Source: an uncultured bacterium
GTDB taxonomy: Bacteria; Fidelibacterota; Marinisomatia; SCGC-AAA003-L08; GCA-002704045
Direction of reading: 5' to 3'
DNA length: 64,000 nucleotides
NCBI GenBank assembly: GCA_964345035.1
Contig: CAYFPO010000007.1
Span: 2,444 to 66,443, forward strand
In this document: positions 37,701-47,428 of the stretch, in pieces
Layout of the letters: each line of letters starts with the position of its first letter
Position numbering within the stretch: the first letter of the stretch is position 1
The notes under the pieces: model-generated
Told to the model about the DNA's origin: nothing
Seen by the model: the letters and a program-made list of their open reading frames with translations, nothing else
The model's database searches: none
Position numbers and translations under genes: made by a program

Positions 37701-38323
37701 TTGGTCCCATCAATATGGCAGTACAGGAAGAATTTGAAGAAGAATCTGATCGGCTGCAGCATCTTCAGGAGCAATATGATGATATTATTGAATCAGAAAC
37801 GAATCTGGAGGAGACTATCCAAAAGATTGATGTAGAAGCCCGCAATAAGCTCTTAACTACATTTGATAAGATTGCTGATAATTTCAAAAAAACCTATACA
37901 ATGTTTTTTGATGGCGGACAAGCACATCTTCGGCTAATTGGTGAAGATGCAGACCCAATGGATTGTGATATTGAAATTATTGCCCAACCACCGGGTAAAC
38001 GGACACAGACCTTGAGAATGCTCTCTGCGGGTGAAAAGGCACTCACCGCTATCTCTCTGCTGTTCGCTATTTATCTCGTCAAGCCATCTCCCTTCTGCAT
38101 TTTGGATGAAGTAGATGCTCCGCTGGACGATCGAAATATCAGCAAGTTCACAAATGCCCTCCGTGAATTTGCAAAGGAAACCCAGTTTATTGTAGTAACC
38201 CATAACAAACTGACTATGGAAAAATCTGACTATCTATATGGAGTAACTCAAGAGGAAGAGGGAGTATCCAAAATTGTATCTGTGAAATTTAATGGAAATA
38301 CGGTGGAAGTCCCCTCCGCCTGA
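34772..38323 (+). CDS. smc: chromosome segregation protein SMC
   Basis: 1183 aa, GTG start. Walker A GPNGCGKTNIVDAIRW, long coiled coils with a central hinge (GICGVVSDLL...), signature LSAGEKALTA, and Walker B FCILDEVDAPLD. Confidence 0.96.
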   Translation: MYISNLNIQGFKSFLPKTKLTFGDGITCIVGPNGCGKTNIVDAIRWILGEQKTSVLRSDKMDGIIFNGTKTRKPIGFCEVSLTIHNDKGRLPVEYTDVEITRRFYRNGESEYFINKVPCRLKDIKGLFVDTGMGANAYSVIELKMIETILSQNAADRRRLIEEAAGISQYKHQKNATLRKLEATKSDLERVKDIIAEVESTVKNLNLQMKRFERHKILVEKVKNTELTLAQAQIQLLNEKEQPLREKLNKEQTDTSAMTGQVSLDESLLTEMETQFATAKDDLNNCQIELTKVVDKLRTTNNNILVWTEQKKSNELRIQQYTDEKNQSEGRIKTLESQIKEIREKIKTFQPDIKNRKEDYDRVKAEFDTLQSETETHQKQWKTLRNEYDVHMDYIHQLRAKAERARAGLEEKESGIIRLQEEIVDLEKQGKILLESEKDFKTQVKNQEHLNSKLSLKLEKLQENHSQLENSVLNKKEEIVKEESKLENMCSRLQFYTDLVENQGGRSSGIQYVMENKAQLPGICGVVSDLLDVEESHALAIEVGLGEAANYLVVDTRKNAMNILNWLKESKTDSQVSIIPLDVLPSISLNNNGSKEYVSAVQCVKSKSRFKALFNLLLHDVRVITNGMDINTIPVDNPEFNWVTLDGQFIGRKYVMKSSRGTKHAVSVGREKMIKNLKKEIFSIEKHLSDLRGNLDSTIKKADKSRNYVEIEEVSLESGIKSLSTLDKELSKIEFINSQNIDKLKKSREFLSNSKISIRNIEIEKQKMNTQLEELQLKNDAYKSEIAEIQAILDDLQSKRVQVQQTVQDARVALVEIEKEADGCEYRLNTNKKLKTDLENRIMEYDTKSKQLNTEITDLVKKTESAEMDKLTVVKKRENLQKTKVQFEKVYNEKYEEVQNLQREIREQQKKKEESLLELRDMELKIAGIEKEKELIISRIRELYHISVPKEAIDLETVNLEELKQTVQTMQRSIERIGPINMAVQEEFEEESDRLQHLQEQYDDIIESETNLEETIQKIDVEARNKLLTTFDKIADNFKKTYTMFFDGGQAHLRLIGEDADPMDCDIEIIAQPPGKRTQTLRMLSAGEKALTAISLLFAIYLVKPSPFCILDEVDAPLDDRNISKFTNALREFAKETQFIVVTHNKLTMEKSDYLYGVTQEEEGVSKIVSVKFNGNTVEVPSA

Positions 38324-38331
38324 TAACGCCA

Positions 38332-39018
38332 TTGTATTCAACGTCCTTCACCAGTTCCGCGAAAATACTTGAACAATTTATTTATCCCCAATCCTGTTGT
38401 TCATGCGATGTAAAATTGAATTCAATTGAGATATTGTATTGTAATAATTGTTTACAAAATCTACAATCAAGTAGATTAGATAATTGGGTGGAAAACCTTA
38501 CGATAGGAGATGAACTTAACGCTGCATATTCATTGTTCTGGTTCGATGATTTATTACAGGATGTAATTCATCAAGTAAAATATAACGGTTATAAACGTTT
38601 TGCAAATTACCTGATAAATTCTTTTGCAGACGAAATTCAGAAATTATTAATTGGCTGTAATATTTGTGCAATGTTACCAGTGCCACTCCACAAGGTTAAA
38701 AAACGGGAACGAGGATATAATCAGGCAGAAGTGATAGCAAAGTCAATTGGAAGGATCATTCACTTACCTGTCGAAAACAATCTATTGAAACGAACTCGAT
38801 GGACACAAACACAAACCAAACTTGATATAGAAGATAGAAAGAAAAATACTTATAATGCATTTGCTGTTGTAAAAAATATTACCTACAAAAGAATTTTATT
38901 GGTTGATGATGTACTAACTACCGGTGCAACAGCAAATGCCTGCGCAACTGTAATGAAAAATGCAGGTACAGATTGGGTGGGAGTGTTTACACTAGGAACA
39001 CCTCTGGTGGAAAATTAG
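38332..39018 (+). CDS. comF: ComF-family phosphoribosyltransferase-like protein
   Basis: 228 aa. N-terminal Cys pairs (CCSC...CNNC), then RGYNQAE and the PRTase loop ILLVDDVLTTGAT. Confidence 0.8.
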   Translation: MYSTSFTSSAKILEQFIYPQSCCSCDVKLNSIEILYCNNCLQNLQSSRLDNWVENLTIGDELNAAYSLFWFDDLLQDVIHQVKYNGYKRFANYLINSFADEIQKLLIGCNICAMLPVPLHKVKKRERGYNQAEVIAKSIGRIIHLPVENNLLKRTRWTQTQTKLDIEDRKKNTYNAFAVVKNITYKRILLVDDVLTTGATANACATVMKNAGTDWVGVFTLGTPLVEN

Positions 39019-39142
39019 AATTTTTATTTACGAAAATTTAAACGATTTAACCCAACCACTCTCTTAATTATTTTTCATCAATAAACCTGTTTGAAATAAT
39101 CAAGCAAAAAGTGGAAATTTTGGGCGCTGAAAATCAAGAAAT

Positions 39143-40339
39143 ATGAAAACTTTAAACGATATAAATCTGAATGGAAAACGGGTGCTTATTCGCGTAGATT
39201 TCAATGTACCTGTAAAAGGCTCTGTAGTTACGGACAACTTTCGAATAAGAGCAGCTCTACCGACAATCCAACATTGTCTGAAAAATGGTGCAGCGGTTGT
39301 GTTAATGTCTCATATGGGAAGGCCGAAAAGTAACTCAGACAACCAATATTCTTTGGAGCCTGTGTTTTTTGAGTTAGAAGAGCTCCTTGGTGTGGATGTC
39401 TATTTTTCTGACGATTGTGTATCAAACCACGCATTGAAATTTTCACAGGAATTGATGCCTGGAGAAATTCACCTTTTAGAAAATCTCAGATTTCATTCTG
39501 GGGAAATAGAAAATAACGAGGAATTTGCAGGCAAATTAGCCGGGCACAGTGAAATATTTATTAACGATGCTTTTGGAACTGCACACAGATCTCATGCATC
39601 AAACGTTGGTATAGTAGACTATATGTTGGATGCTGTTCCGGGATTTCTTATGGAAAAAGAGTTAAAATATCTTTCAGATGCAATGGCACATCCAGAAAAA
39701 CCATTTATAGTTGTGCTGGGCGGTGCAAAGGTAGAAGGAAAAATAGAACTTATTCAGCATTTACTTGACTCGGCAGATGATATCCTTATTGGGGGAAAAA
39801 TGGCATTCAGCTTCCTCTCTGCTTTAGGAAAAAACTGCGGAGGTGTATCTATAGAAAAAAGAACAATCAATATTGCAGATCAGTTATTAAAAACCGCAAA
39901 TGATAAAGGTGTGGGTATAGTTTTACCGTCAGATTTTGTAACCGTAAAAGATATAGAAAAAGATTATGAATGGGATATGACACCCCTGGATAATTTTACA
40001 AACAATGACCTTGGTCTGGATATCGGGCCAGAATCTTGTTCTATTTTTGAAGAAAAAATATTAAAGGCTAAAACAATTCTGTGGAACGGTCCAATGGGAG
40101 TATTTGAAAATTTCAATTTTTCAACCGGTACAAATGCCATTGCATCTGCAATCCTGCATCAGACAGATAATGGAGCAATATCCATTGTTGGCGGAGGTGA
40201 TACAGCGTCGGCAGTTAGGGTTCTCGGGTTAAAGAATAACTTTAGCCATATTTCTACTGGTGGAGGTGCATCATTAGAACTTCTTTCAGGAAGAAAACTG
40301 CCAGCAGTTGAAGCATTGAAAAATTTGGAATATGCGTAA
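39143..40339 (+). CDS. pgk: phosphoglycerate kinase
   Basis: 398 aa. Motifs RVDFNVP, SH.GRP, NDAFGTAHR, and GGGDT.... Confidence 0.96.
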   Translation: MKTLNDINLNGKRVLIRVDFNVPVKGSVVTDNFRIRAALPTIQHCLKNGAAVVLMSHMGRPKSNSDNQYSLEPVFFELEELLGVDVYFSDDCVSNHALKFSQELMPGEIHLLENLRFHSGEIENNEEFAGKLAGHSEIFINDAFGTAHRSHASNVGIVDYMLDAVPGFLMEKELKYLSDAMAHPEKPFIVVLGGAKVEGKIELIQHLLDSADDILIGGKMAFSFLSALGKNCGGVSIEKRTINIADQLLKTANDKGVGIVLPSDFVTVKDIEKDYEWDMTPLDNFTNNDLGLDIGPESCSIFEEKILKAKTILWNGPMGVFENFNFSTGTNAIASAILHQTDNGAISIVGGGDTASAVRVLGLKNNFSHISTGGGASLELLSGRKLPAVEALKNLEYA

Positions 40340-41081
40340 AAAATACTGCGTCGCAAATTGGAAAATGAATAATTCTCTTGACGAGAGCTCAACTTTTTTT
40401 AAAAAATTTTTAAAAAAACCTTTGACAATACCTCAAACTCAAATTATCTTGTGTCCCCCATTTACAGGGCTCTTTTACATAAGTGAAATTTTAAACGGTT
40501 CAGAGATAGAATTAGGTGCTCAAAACGTATATTTCGAGGAAAATGGGGCGTTTACGGGCGAAATCTCAACCAAAATGTTGCGTGATTGTGGATGTGTGTG
40601 GGTGATTTTGGGCCATTCAGAGCGCAGGCACATATTTCTTGAGGAGGAGGACCTGATCAGGAGGAAGGTCAGAAATGTGCTTCAGGATGGCCTGTCACCC
40701 ATACTTTGTATAGGGGAGACATTGCAAGAACGCGAAAATGACCTCACTCACCAGGTGCTGGAACGTCAGCTCAAATCTTCAATAGCTAATCTAAATCAAA
40801 ATGAAATCCAAAATTTAATAATTGCATATGAACCCGTATGGGCAATAGGTACCGGAAAATATGCCACACCTGATATTATTCAGGATACCCATCAAACAAT
40901 CAGATATATTTTGGAACAATTACAATTTAAAAGTGATTCAATGTCTATTCTATATGGCGGCAGTGTAAACCCTGAAAACGCAGAAGAATTGATTACAGTA
41001 GATGGGGTAGATGGATTCCTTATCGGCAGCGCTTCTCTTACACCCGAAAGTTTTTACAGTATTTACCAAGCATTTGCATAA
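40332..41081 (+). CDS. tpiA: triose-phosphate isomerase
   Basis: 249 aa. Motifs ANWKMN, ILGHSERR, AYEPVWAIGTG, and YGGSV. Confidence 0.96.
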   Translation: MRKKYCVANWKMNNSLDESSTFFKKFLKKPLTIPQTQIILCPPFTGLFYISEILNGSEIELGAQNVYFEENGAFTGEISTKMLRDCGCVWVILGHSERRHIFLEEEDLIRRKVRNVLQDGLSPILCIGETLQERENDLTHQVLERQLKSSIANLNQNEIQNLIIAYEPVWAIGTGKYATPDIIQDTHQTIRYILEQLQFKSDSMSILYGGSVNPENAEELITVDGVDGFLIGSASLTPESFYSIYQAFA

Positions 41082-41093
41082 ACAGGAGAAATA

Positions 41094-41441
41094 ATGATAT
41101 ACGGAATATCTTTAATAATTTTTGTTCTTATCTGTACTTGCCTGATTGGAATTATTTTACTTCAATCAAGCAAAACTGGGGGAATGGGGACAGCAATGGG
41201 TCAGCAGGCAATGGGCGCTGCTTTCGGTGGAGAGAGCGGCGACAAGTTGCTTGTAAAGATTACAAGCGGACTTGCAGGTGGTTATATGCTGCTGGCAATT
41301 ATTATTAATTTGATACTTAGTCCAGGAACTGCAGTACCATCAGATGAAAGTATAATCCGTCAAAGGGCACAAACTACTGAAAGTATTTTAAATCCAGTAG
41401 AATTTGCCCCAGTAGCGCCGGAATCGGATACTGCACAGTAA
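41094..41441 (+). CDS. secG: preprotein translocase subunit SecG
   Basis: 115 aa, two TM helices, LLQSSKTGGMG motif, in the conserved position after tpiA. Confidence 0.85.
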   Translation: MIYGISLIIFVLICTCLIGIILLQSSKTGGMGTAMGQQAMGAAFGGESGDKLLVKITSGLAGGYMLLAIIINLILSPGTAVPSDESIIRQRAQTTESILNPVEFAPVAPESDTAQ

Positions 41442-41448
41442 TCAGTCT

Positions 41449-41533
41449 GCTGAAGTGGTGGAACTGGTAGACACGCTGTCTTGAGGGGGCAGTGTCCGAG
41501 ACGGATGTGCGGGTTCGAGTCCCGCCTTCAGCA
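41449..41533 (+). tRNA. tRNA-Leu (anticodon GAG), class II with long variable arm
   Basis: Hand-folded. Acceptor GCTGAAG/CTTCAGC, anticodon arm CTGTC-TTGAGGG-GGCAG, long variable arm, T arm GCGGG-TTCGAGT-CCCGC, discriminator A. Confidence 0.88.
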
Positions 41534-41557
41534 CAGTTTAATGATGGAGATTATTCA

Positions 41558-42835
41558 ATGAGAATATTAACTGTAATTATTTTAATTTCAACCGGATTCA
41601 GTCAAACTGGTTCGAACATATCTGCCAGTTCATTGTTCGCTGCCGGGGAATTTATACAAGCACGAGAAACTATTTTACAAACCATAGAATCAGGAAGTGA
41701 AAATCATGAATATTTCAAGTTAGCTGCTGAAATATTTATTCGGCTTGATGATCTGGAAAATGCAAATTCATATCTAACAAAAGCCATAGAGCTTGCCCCC
41801 AAAAATACAGAATATCGCGAAAGATGGGAATCTCTGAATGATATGAGATCCCGGTTAAATGAATCCAAGAAATCTTTTGATAACGGCTTTACTGATGAAT
41901 CTATTATGAATTATGAAAAAACCATTCAAGCTTATCCAGAGTTTGCATTAGCCTTTTATAATTTTGGATTAACCTATTTTAAGTTGAATGAATTTGATTT
42001 GGCTGTGGAAAATTTCCGAAAAGCATCTGAACTGAATCCTTTTGAAATTAAATATACGTCATCAATTTCAAATATTGGTGCAAAGTTGACTCAGCAAGGG
42101 AACGAAGAATATAGACGGAGGGATTATGATCTTGCACTGGATTATTATCAACAAGCTGTGAGATATGTCCCGGAATTTTCAGAAGCACGATTTAAATCAG
42201 CACTAATTATGAACAAATTGGGTGATTACGAAAATGCAAAATCTACACTACACAAAAATCTGGAGATAGACCCACAACATCTGCAGTCTTATAAACTCCT
42301 GGGGGATGTATATTCAAGATTGGGCGACTTAGAGAATGCTTTGGTTTGGTATGGTAATGCGGTAAAAATAAATTCAAAATATGATAAGGCGTACTATGCT
42401 CTTGGAAAAACTTATATTAATCTGGGAAAATTTGCAGAAGCAGAATCCGAATTAAAAAATGCAATTAATGTAAATCCAGAATACTCAAAAGCTTATGAAT
42501 CATTGGGATTTATTTATTCATCAAGGGAAGAATATAAATCAGCAGCAGATCAATATCTATTGGCAGTGAAATTTAATCCGAAATCTTTTGATGCATATTC
42601 CAGGCTGGCTTCTGCATATAATGCACAGGGAATGTTTAGCCAAGCGAGGGATGCAGCAAAAACGTCATTGGATTTAAAGAAGAAAAATGCCGGTGCATCA
42701 TATGAATTAGGGGTAGCTGAAAAAGCGCTTGGCAATATTGCCGCAGCCAAATCTGCATTTGAAAGTGCCACAAGAGATAAAAAATGGAGAAAGATTGCAA
42801 AATACGAACTCACAATGATTGAAAAAGGATTATAG
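41558..42835 (+). CDS. TPR-repeat protein (secreted or lipoprotein-like)
   Basis: The track ORF starts at 41492, inside tRNA-Leu. I trimmed it to the ATG at 41558 (GGAG 8 nt upstream), giving MRILTVIILISTGFSQ. It has many 34-aa TPR units (A..Y..A....P....A...LG..Y). Confidence 0.8.
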   Translation: MRILTVIILISTGFSQTGSNISASSLFAAGEFIQARETILQTIESGSENHEYFKLAAEIFIRLDDLENANSYLTKAIELAPKNTEYRERWESLNDMRSRLNESKKSFDNGFTDESIMNYEKTIQAYPEFALAFYNFGLTYFKLNEFDLAVENFRKASELNPFEIKYTSSISNIGAKLTQQGNEEYRRRDYDLALDYYQQAVRYVPEFSEARFKSALIMNKLGDYENAKSTLHKNLEIDPQHLQSYKLLGDVYSRLGDLENALVWYGNAVKINSKYDKAYYALGKTYINLGKFAEAESELKNAINVNPEYSKAYESLGFIYSSREEYKSAADQYLLAVKFNPKSFDAYSRLASAYNAQGMFSQARDAAKTSLDLKKKNAGASYELGVAEKALGNIAAAKSAFESATRDKKWRKIAKYELTMIEKGL

Positions 42836-42858
42836 AATTAACTATCAAATCAACTTAG

Positions 42859-42893
42859 AAAAAGGGCAATAATTATTGCCCTTTTTCTTTATT
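42859..42893 (+). terminator. rho-independent terminator
   Basis: AAAAAGGGCAATAATTATTGCCCTTTTTCTTT: a GGGCAAT/ATTGCCC stem, a 4-nt loop, and a T-run. Its symmetry means it could work in both directions. Confidence 0.75.
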
Positions 42894-42900
42894 TTATAAT

Positions 42901-43584
42901 ATGATCAAAGCAGTTGTATTTGATTTGGATAACACACTCCTGGATTTTATGGCAATGAAATCCTATGCGGTCAAGGCAGGAATCAATGGAATGATTGAAG
43001 CGGGATTGAGCATAAATTCTGAAAAAGCCATAAAGATAATTATGAATATTTATGATGAAAAAGGGTATGAATATCAGGAAGTATTTGATGACTTGCTCCA
43101 AAAGGAATTAGGTCAAATGAATTATAAGTTTCTTGCTGCCGGTATTGTTGCGTATAGAAAAGCCAGAGAAGCCTCACTGATTCTATATCCAAACGTTAAC
43201 TCAACGCTCATAAAGTTATCAAAATTGGGATTAAAATTAGGAGTGGTTTCCGATGCTCCCAGCAGAGAAGCCTGGATGAGAATCTGTTACCTGAATCTAC
43301 ATCATATTTTTGATGCGGTAGTTACATTTGATGATACTGGATTAACAAAACCAGCTCCCGAGCCCTTCCATAAAATTTGTAGATTATTGAATGTGCAGCC
43401 TGAAAATTCCATTATGGTCGGTGATTGGCCGGAAAGGGATGTAATTGGAGCTAAAGAGGTGGGTATGCTGACAGCATTCGCGAAATATGGAGATACATTT
43501 GAAACTGTGAAATCCAATGCAGATTACGATATTAATGACATCAATGAGCTTGTTGAAATAATAGATCAGGAAAACCAATCGTGA
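42901..43584 (+). CDS. HAD-superfamily hydrolase
   Basis: 227 aa. Motif I VVFDLDNTLLDF, motif II VVSDA, and motif IV MVGDWPERDV.GA. Confidence 0.85.
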   Translation: MIKAVVFDLDNTLLDFMAMKSYAVKAGINGMIEAGLSINSEKAIKIIMNIYDEKGYEYQEVFDDLLQKELGQMNYKFLAAGIVAYRKAREASLILYPNVNSTLIKLSKLGLKLGVVSDAPSREAWMRICYLNLHHIFDAVVTFDDTGLTKPAPEPFHKICRLLNVQPENSIMVGDWPERDVIGAKEVGMLTAFAKYGDTFETVKSNADYDINDINELVEIIDQENQS

Positions 43585-43946
43585 TTTATATCGGCAATGA
43601 TATTGTTGAGGTGGGGAGGATACGAAAATCCATCCAAACTCACGGTAAAAAATTCATAAACAAAATCTTTTCACAGGAAGAAATTGATTTCTGTGAAAGA
43701 AGATCACTTCCGGAAATCCACTATGCGGGGCGATTTGCTGCCAAGGAAGCAGTCAAAAAAGCCTTACTTTCTCTGGATCCCAATCAAATAATCCCATTGA
43801 ATAAAATCCAAATATCCCGGAAAGACAATGAATCGCCAAAGGTAGAATATCTACAAACATCACCCCTTCAAAAATTGGAAATTCAATTATCTATATCACA
43901 TACAGAAAAATATGCAAGTGCTGTAGCTTTAGTGAGTAATCAATAA
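43581..43946 (+). CDS. acpS: holo-[acyl-carrier-protein] synthase
   Basis: 121 aa, GTG start. IGNDIVEV.RI, FS..E, RFAAKEA..KA, and SISHT..YA.A. Confidence 0.9.
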   Translation: MIYIGNDIVEVGRIRKSIQTHGKKFINKIFSQEEIDFCERRSLPEIHYAGRFAAKEAVKKALLSLDPNQIIPLNKIQISRKDNESPKVEYLQTSPLQKLEIQLSISHTEKYASAVALVSNQ

Positions 43947-45463
43947 TGATTACAATTCTCAGTGAAAACCAGGCAAGGCAATTGGATGAGCAAACAATCC
44001 AGTCTGGATTATCAGAATCAAAGTTAATGAAAAACGCGGGAATGGTAATCTCCAGATTTTTTCTGGATGAAGTAATTGATCCATTTTCTCAATCTGTGCT
44101 GGTTGTAGCGGGTAAGGGAAATAATGGAGGAGATGCAATAATTGCCCACCATTTTTTATTGAAGTTTGGCATAAATTCACAGTTAATGGTGATACAGGAG
44201 TCTCAGTTACATTCACCACTGCTTACTGAATATCCATTGAGATCCGAAGAAATCCTGATATACGAAAAAGAAAAAATTCTACCTGAAACAGATTGGATTA
44301 TTGAAGGAATTTTTGGTATTGGATTAAAGCGTGATATCACAGGCATATATGCAGAACTGATAAATGAAATAAATCAACAAGAAAATGTAATATCGGTAGA
44401 TATCCCATCAGGAATACAGTGTGATACAGGAATGTCAGCAAATATTAATATTCAAGCGGATAAGACATTAACAATGGGCTACCCAAAAATTGGAAATTTA
44501 ATAAATGATGGATTGAATGCTGCCGGAGAACTTCATATCATGGATATTGGTTTTACTGAATTGCGAAAAGAAGCTGAGAAAATACAATTACTTACAATAC
44601 CGGATGGGGCTCAATATATTCAGCCATATCCAAGAGATTCACATAAATATTCCCGTGGAAAAGTAGGTGTTCTCGCCGGTTCTATAGGGATGACAGGTGC
44701 TGGGATATTAACTGCTAATAGCACATTAAAAGCTGGTGCAGGAATTACCCGAATTGCAGTACCCGAAAGTCTAAATACAGTATTTGAAACAAATCTCATT
44801 GAAGTTATCACCATCCCAATGGCGGACAATAACTCTGGAATATTGACGATGGAAAATAAAAATAAGATTAAAGAATTATCCAAATGGTGTGATTGTTTAG
44901 TATGTGGACCAGGATTATCCTCTGAAGATAAAACAACAGAATTAACACGATATTTACTTACGGAAACACAAAAATCTATTATTTTGGATGGATCAGGATT
45001 TAATCCAATCATCAATGGCTCAATGAAAATATCTGAATTAAGTCAAAATACAATTCTGACGCCACATCTTTCTGAATTTTCTGCAATATTCTCCTTGGAT
45101 ATTGAACGTGTAAGAAATGATCCAATTACAGCACTTCAGTCTGTGACAGAAAATTTATATGGAAGGGTCCTAATACTGAAAGGATCTCCGACTTTTATTG
45201 TAACTTCATCAGAAAGTATAGAAATTTGCAACATGGGCTCACCTGTTTTAGCAACTGCCGGAACCGGAGATGTTTTAGCAGGATTATTGGGTGGCCTGGT
45301 TGCTCAGGGTTATGCAGTGGATATTGCAGCAAGAATTGGTGTAACTCTTCATGCAATTGCAGGTGAATTATATTTGAAGTCCATATCAGAACGAGGTATG
45401 TGTGCAGGAGATTTGATCAATTTGATTCCATCAGCCTGGGATGTGTTATTAAATGAAAATTAA
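43946..45463 (+). CDS. nnr: bifunctional NAD(P)H-hydrate repair enzyme (epimerase / ADP-dependent dehydratase)
   Basis: 505 aa. The N-terminal YjeF_N part has GKGNNGGD. The C-terminal carbohydrate-kinase part has HKY.RG.V.V.AGS..MTGA and ATAGTGDVLAG. Confidence 0.92.
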   Translation: MITILSENQARQLDEQTIQSGLSESKLMKNAGMVISRFFLDEVIDPFSQSVLVVAGKGNNGGDAIIAHHFLLKFGINSQLMVIQESQLHSPLLTEYPLRSEEILIYEKEKILPETDWIIEGIFGIGLKRDITGIYAELINEINQQENVISVDIPSGIQCDTGMSANINIQADKTLTMGYPKIGNLINDGLNAAGELHIMDIGFTELRKEAEKIQLLTIPDGAQYIQPYPRDSHKYSRGKVGVLAGSIGMTGAGILTANSTLKAGAGITRIAVPESLNTVFETNLIEVITIPMADNNSGILTMENKNKIKELSKWCDCLVCGPGLSSEDKTTELTRYLLTETQKSIILDGSGFNPIINGSMKISELSQNTILTPHLSEFSAIFSLDIERVRNDPITALQSVTENLYGRVLILKGSPTFIVTSSESIEICNMGSPVLATAGTGDVLAGLLGGLVAQGYAVDIAARIGVTLHAIAGELYLKSISERGMCAGDLINLIPSAWDVLLNEN

Positions 45464-45806
45464 TTCTTTTAATACTTGGATTCTTGCTGGATATTCCTGT
45501 GCCATATTAGTATTTACATGGTATTCCCCAAAAGAAATTACAACTCTAACATTTATAGGTGAATATGATAAATTTATTCACTTTATTGAATATTCCATTT
45601 TAGGTTATTTAATCATCAATGCACTGAACACTTCCATTTTTAAATCGAATACACTCATATTTGCAATGGTGTATGTGATATTTATTGCGGGATGTGACGA
45701 AATATTGCAACACTTTATTCCGGGAAGAATACCTGATATTTGGGATGGTATAGCAGATTTGGCGGGTGGACTTACAGGAGCAGTAATTAAATATAAAATA
45801 GGTTGA
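45453..45806 (+). CDS. VanZ-family membrane protein
   Basis: 117 aa with 4 predicted TM segments. It has DK..HF..Y..LG and DE..Q.F.PGR......D...D..G motifs. Confidence 0.75.
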   Translation: MKINSFNTWILAGYSCAILVFTWYSPKEITTLTFIGEYDKFIHFIEYSILGYLIINALNTSIFKSNTLIFAMVYVIFIAGCDEILQHFIPGRIPDIWDGIADLAGGLTGAVIKYKIG

Positions 45807-47428
45807 TGTTACATTCACTGTATATTAAAAATTTTGCAATAATCCAGGAAATTACCATTGAATTTAATAGAGGCTTAAACATTTTAACAGGTGAAACAGG
45901 TGCAGGAAAATCCATCATCATTAATGCGGTTGATCTCCTGATGGGGTCAAGATTCAGCAAGAGCATGATCAGAACCGGAGAGGACCGATGTGTAATTGAA
46001 GGTGTATTTAAATCAAAACTTAGATCACATACAATCAGGAGAGTATTCTCGAAATCAGGGAACTCGAAAACCTACATAAATGATGAGCCGGCAACATTAG
46101 ACGAACTAAAATCCAGGTCTGAATTTCTTGTAGATATGCATGGTCAGCACGAACACCAAAGATTACTAAATTCGGATTTTCATTTAGAATACCTGGATGC
46201 TTTTGGAGATTATGAAACTGATCTATTAACATTAATGAATACCTTTAAGTCAATAATGGATGTTAATAATAAATATAATGAAATTAAAAGAATCGAAAAG
46301 GATTATCGAGAAAAACGAGAGCTCTATGAATTTCAATTGAATGAATTAAAAGTACTGAAACTATACACGGGAATTGACGAAAAAGTAGATTCAGAATACC
46401 GGAAATTGATAAATACTCAGGAAATAATCGATACATTGAAAACACTCAGCGAGTATTTAGATGGAAGTCAAAATGCAGTTGCCGGTGAGATGAATAAGCA
46501 TATTAGAGAATTAAAAAATCACGGTGGACTTGATGATGATCTGGATTCTCTGATACACAGAGTAAACTCAACACAGGTTGAATTACAGGATTTAGCACAA
46601 GAGTTAACTCATTATTCATCCCAAATGACTGTAGATGCTGATCAGATTTCTATGATTGGTGAAAAATTGGAACATATCGAAATGTTGAAACGGAAATATG
46701 GTGGGAGTATTGATGGAGTTATATCCTATCAGGAGGAGATAGAAAAATATTTGCAAGGTGCTCACAACCAAGTATCAGATCTTAAGGAGTTAGAGGAAAA
46801 ATTAACAAAATTAAAGGACAATTATTTTAGTCTTTCAAGTAAATTGACAATAACAAGATTGAAGACTGCAGATGAATTAGAAAAAAAAATTATTTCAACT
46901 TTAAATCAATTGGACATGTCAAATACTAAAATTAAAATATCATTACATACAAATAGTGAAGAAATTGGCACTGGGAAAGGGCAGGATAACTGTGAAATAC
47001 TGATATCTCCCAATATGGGAGAAGAACTGCGTCCACTGCATAAAATAGCTTCCGGCGGGGAACTGTCCCGGTTCATGCTTGCAATTAAATTTGCTTTGCA
47101 AGAAAAAGACCCTGTAGATACAATTATATTTGATGAAGTGGATTCCGGAATATCCGGAAAAACTGCTGAAAAAGCTGGGAACCTGATTGAACAATTAGGT
47201 GATAGCAGACAAGTAATCTGTATAACACATTTAAGCCAGATTGCAAGCAAGGGATGTAATCATTTGAATGTATATAAGGTCACCGATGGATCAAGGACAA
47301 AAGTTGCTGTTAAACAATTATCCAAGGATGAAAGAATTCAGGAAATTGCAGGATTGATCAGTGGTAGGGTTATTACAAAATCCGGTAAACTGCAGGCAGA
47401 AGAATTATTGGAGGGATACCATGGATAA
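45803..47428 (+). CDS. recN: DNA repair protein RecN
   Basis: 541 aa. L.I.NFAII......F..GLN.LTGETGAGKSII, a coiled-coil middle, signature ASGGELSR, and Walker B IIFDEVDSGISG. Confidence 0.94.
   Translation: MMLHSLYIKNFAIIQEITIEFNRGLNILTGETGAGKSIIINAVDLLMGSRFSKSMIRTGEDRCVIEGVFKSKLRSHTIRRVFSKSGNSKTYINDEPATLDELKSRSEFLVDMHGQHEHQRLLNSDFHLEYLDAFGDYETDLLTLMNTFKSIMDVNNKYNEIKRIEKDYREKRELYEFQLNELKVLKLYTGIDEKVDSEYRKLINTQEIIDTLKTLSEYLDGSQNAVAGEMNKHIRELKNHGGLDDDLDSLIHRVNSTQVELQDLAQELTHYSSQMTVDADQISMIGEKLEHIEMLKRKYGGSIDGVISYQEEIEKYLQGAHNQVSDLKELEEKLTKLKDNYFSLSSKLTITRLKTADELEKKIISTLNQLDMSNTKIKISLHTNSEEIGTGKGQDNCEILISPNMGEELRPLHKIASGGELSRFMLAIKFALQEKDPVDTIIFDEVDSGISGKTAEKAGNLIEQLGDSRQVICITHLSQIASKGCNHLNVYKVTDGSRTKVAVKQLSKDERIQEIAGLISGRVITKSGKLQAEELLEGYHG

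Noticed and set aside
41492-41557. N-terminal extension of the TPR-protein ORF (MSETDVRVRVPPSAQ...).
   Set aside because: These codons lie inside tRNA-Leu(GAG) at 41449-41533. The internal ATG at 41558 has an SD and yields a signal-like N-terminus.
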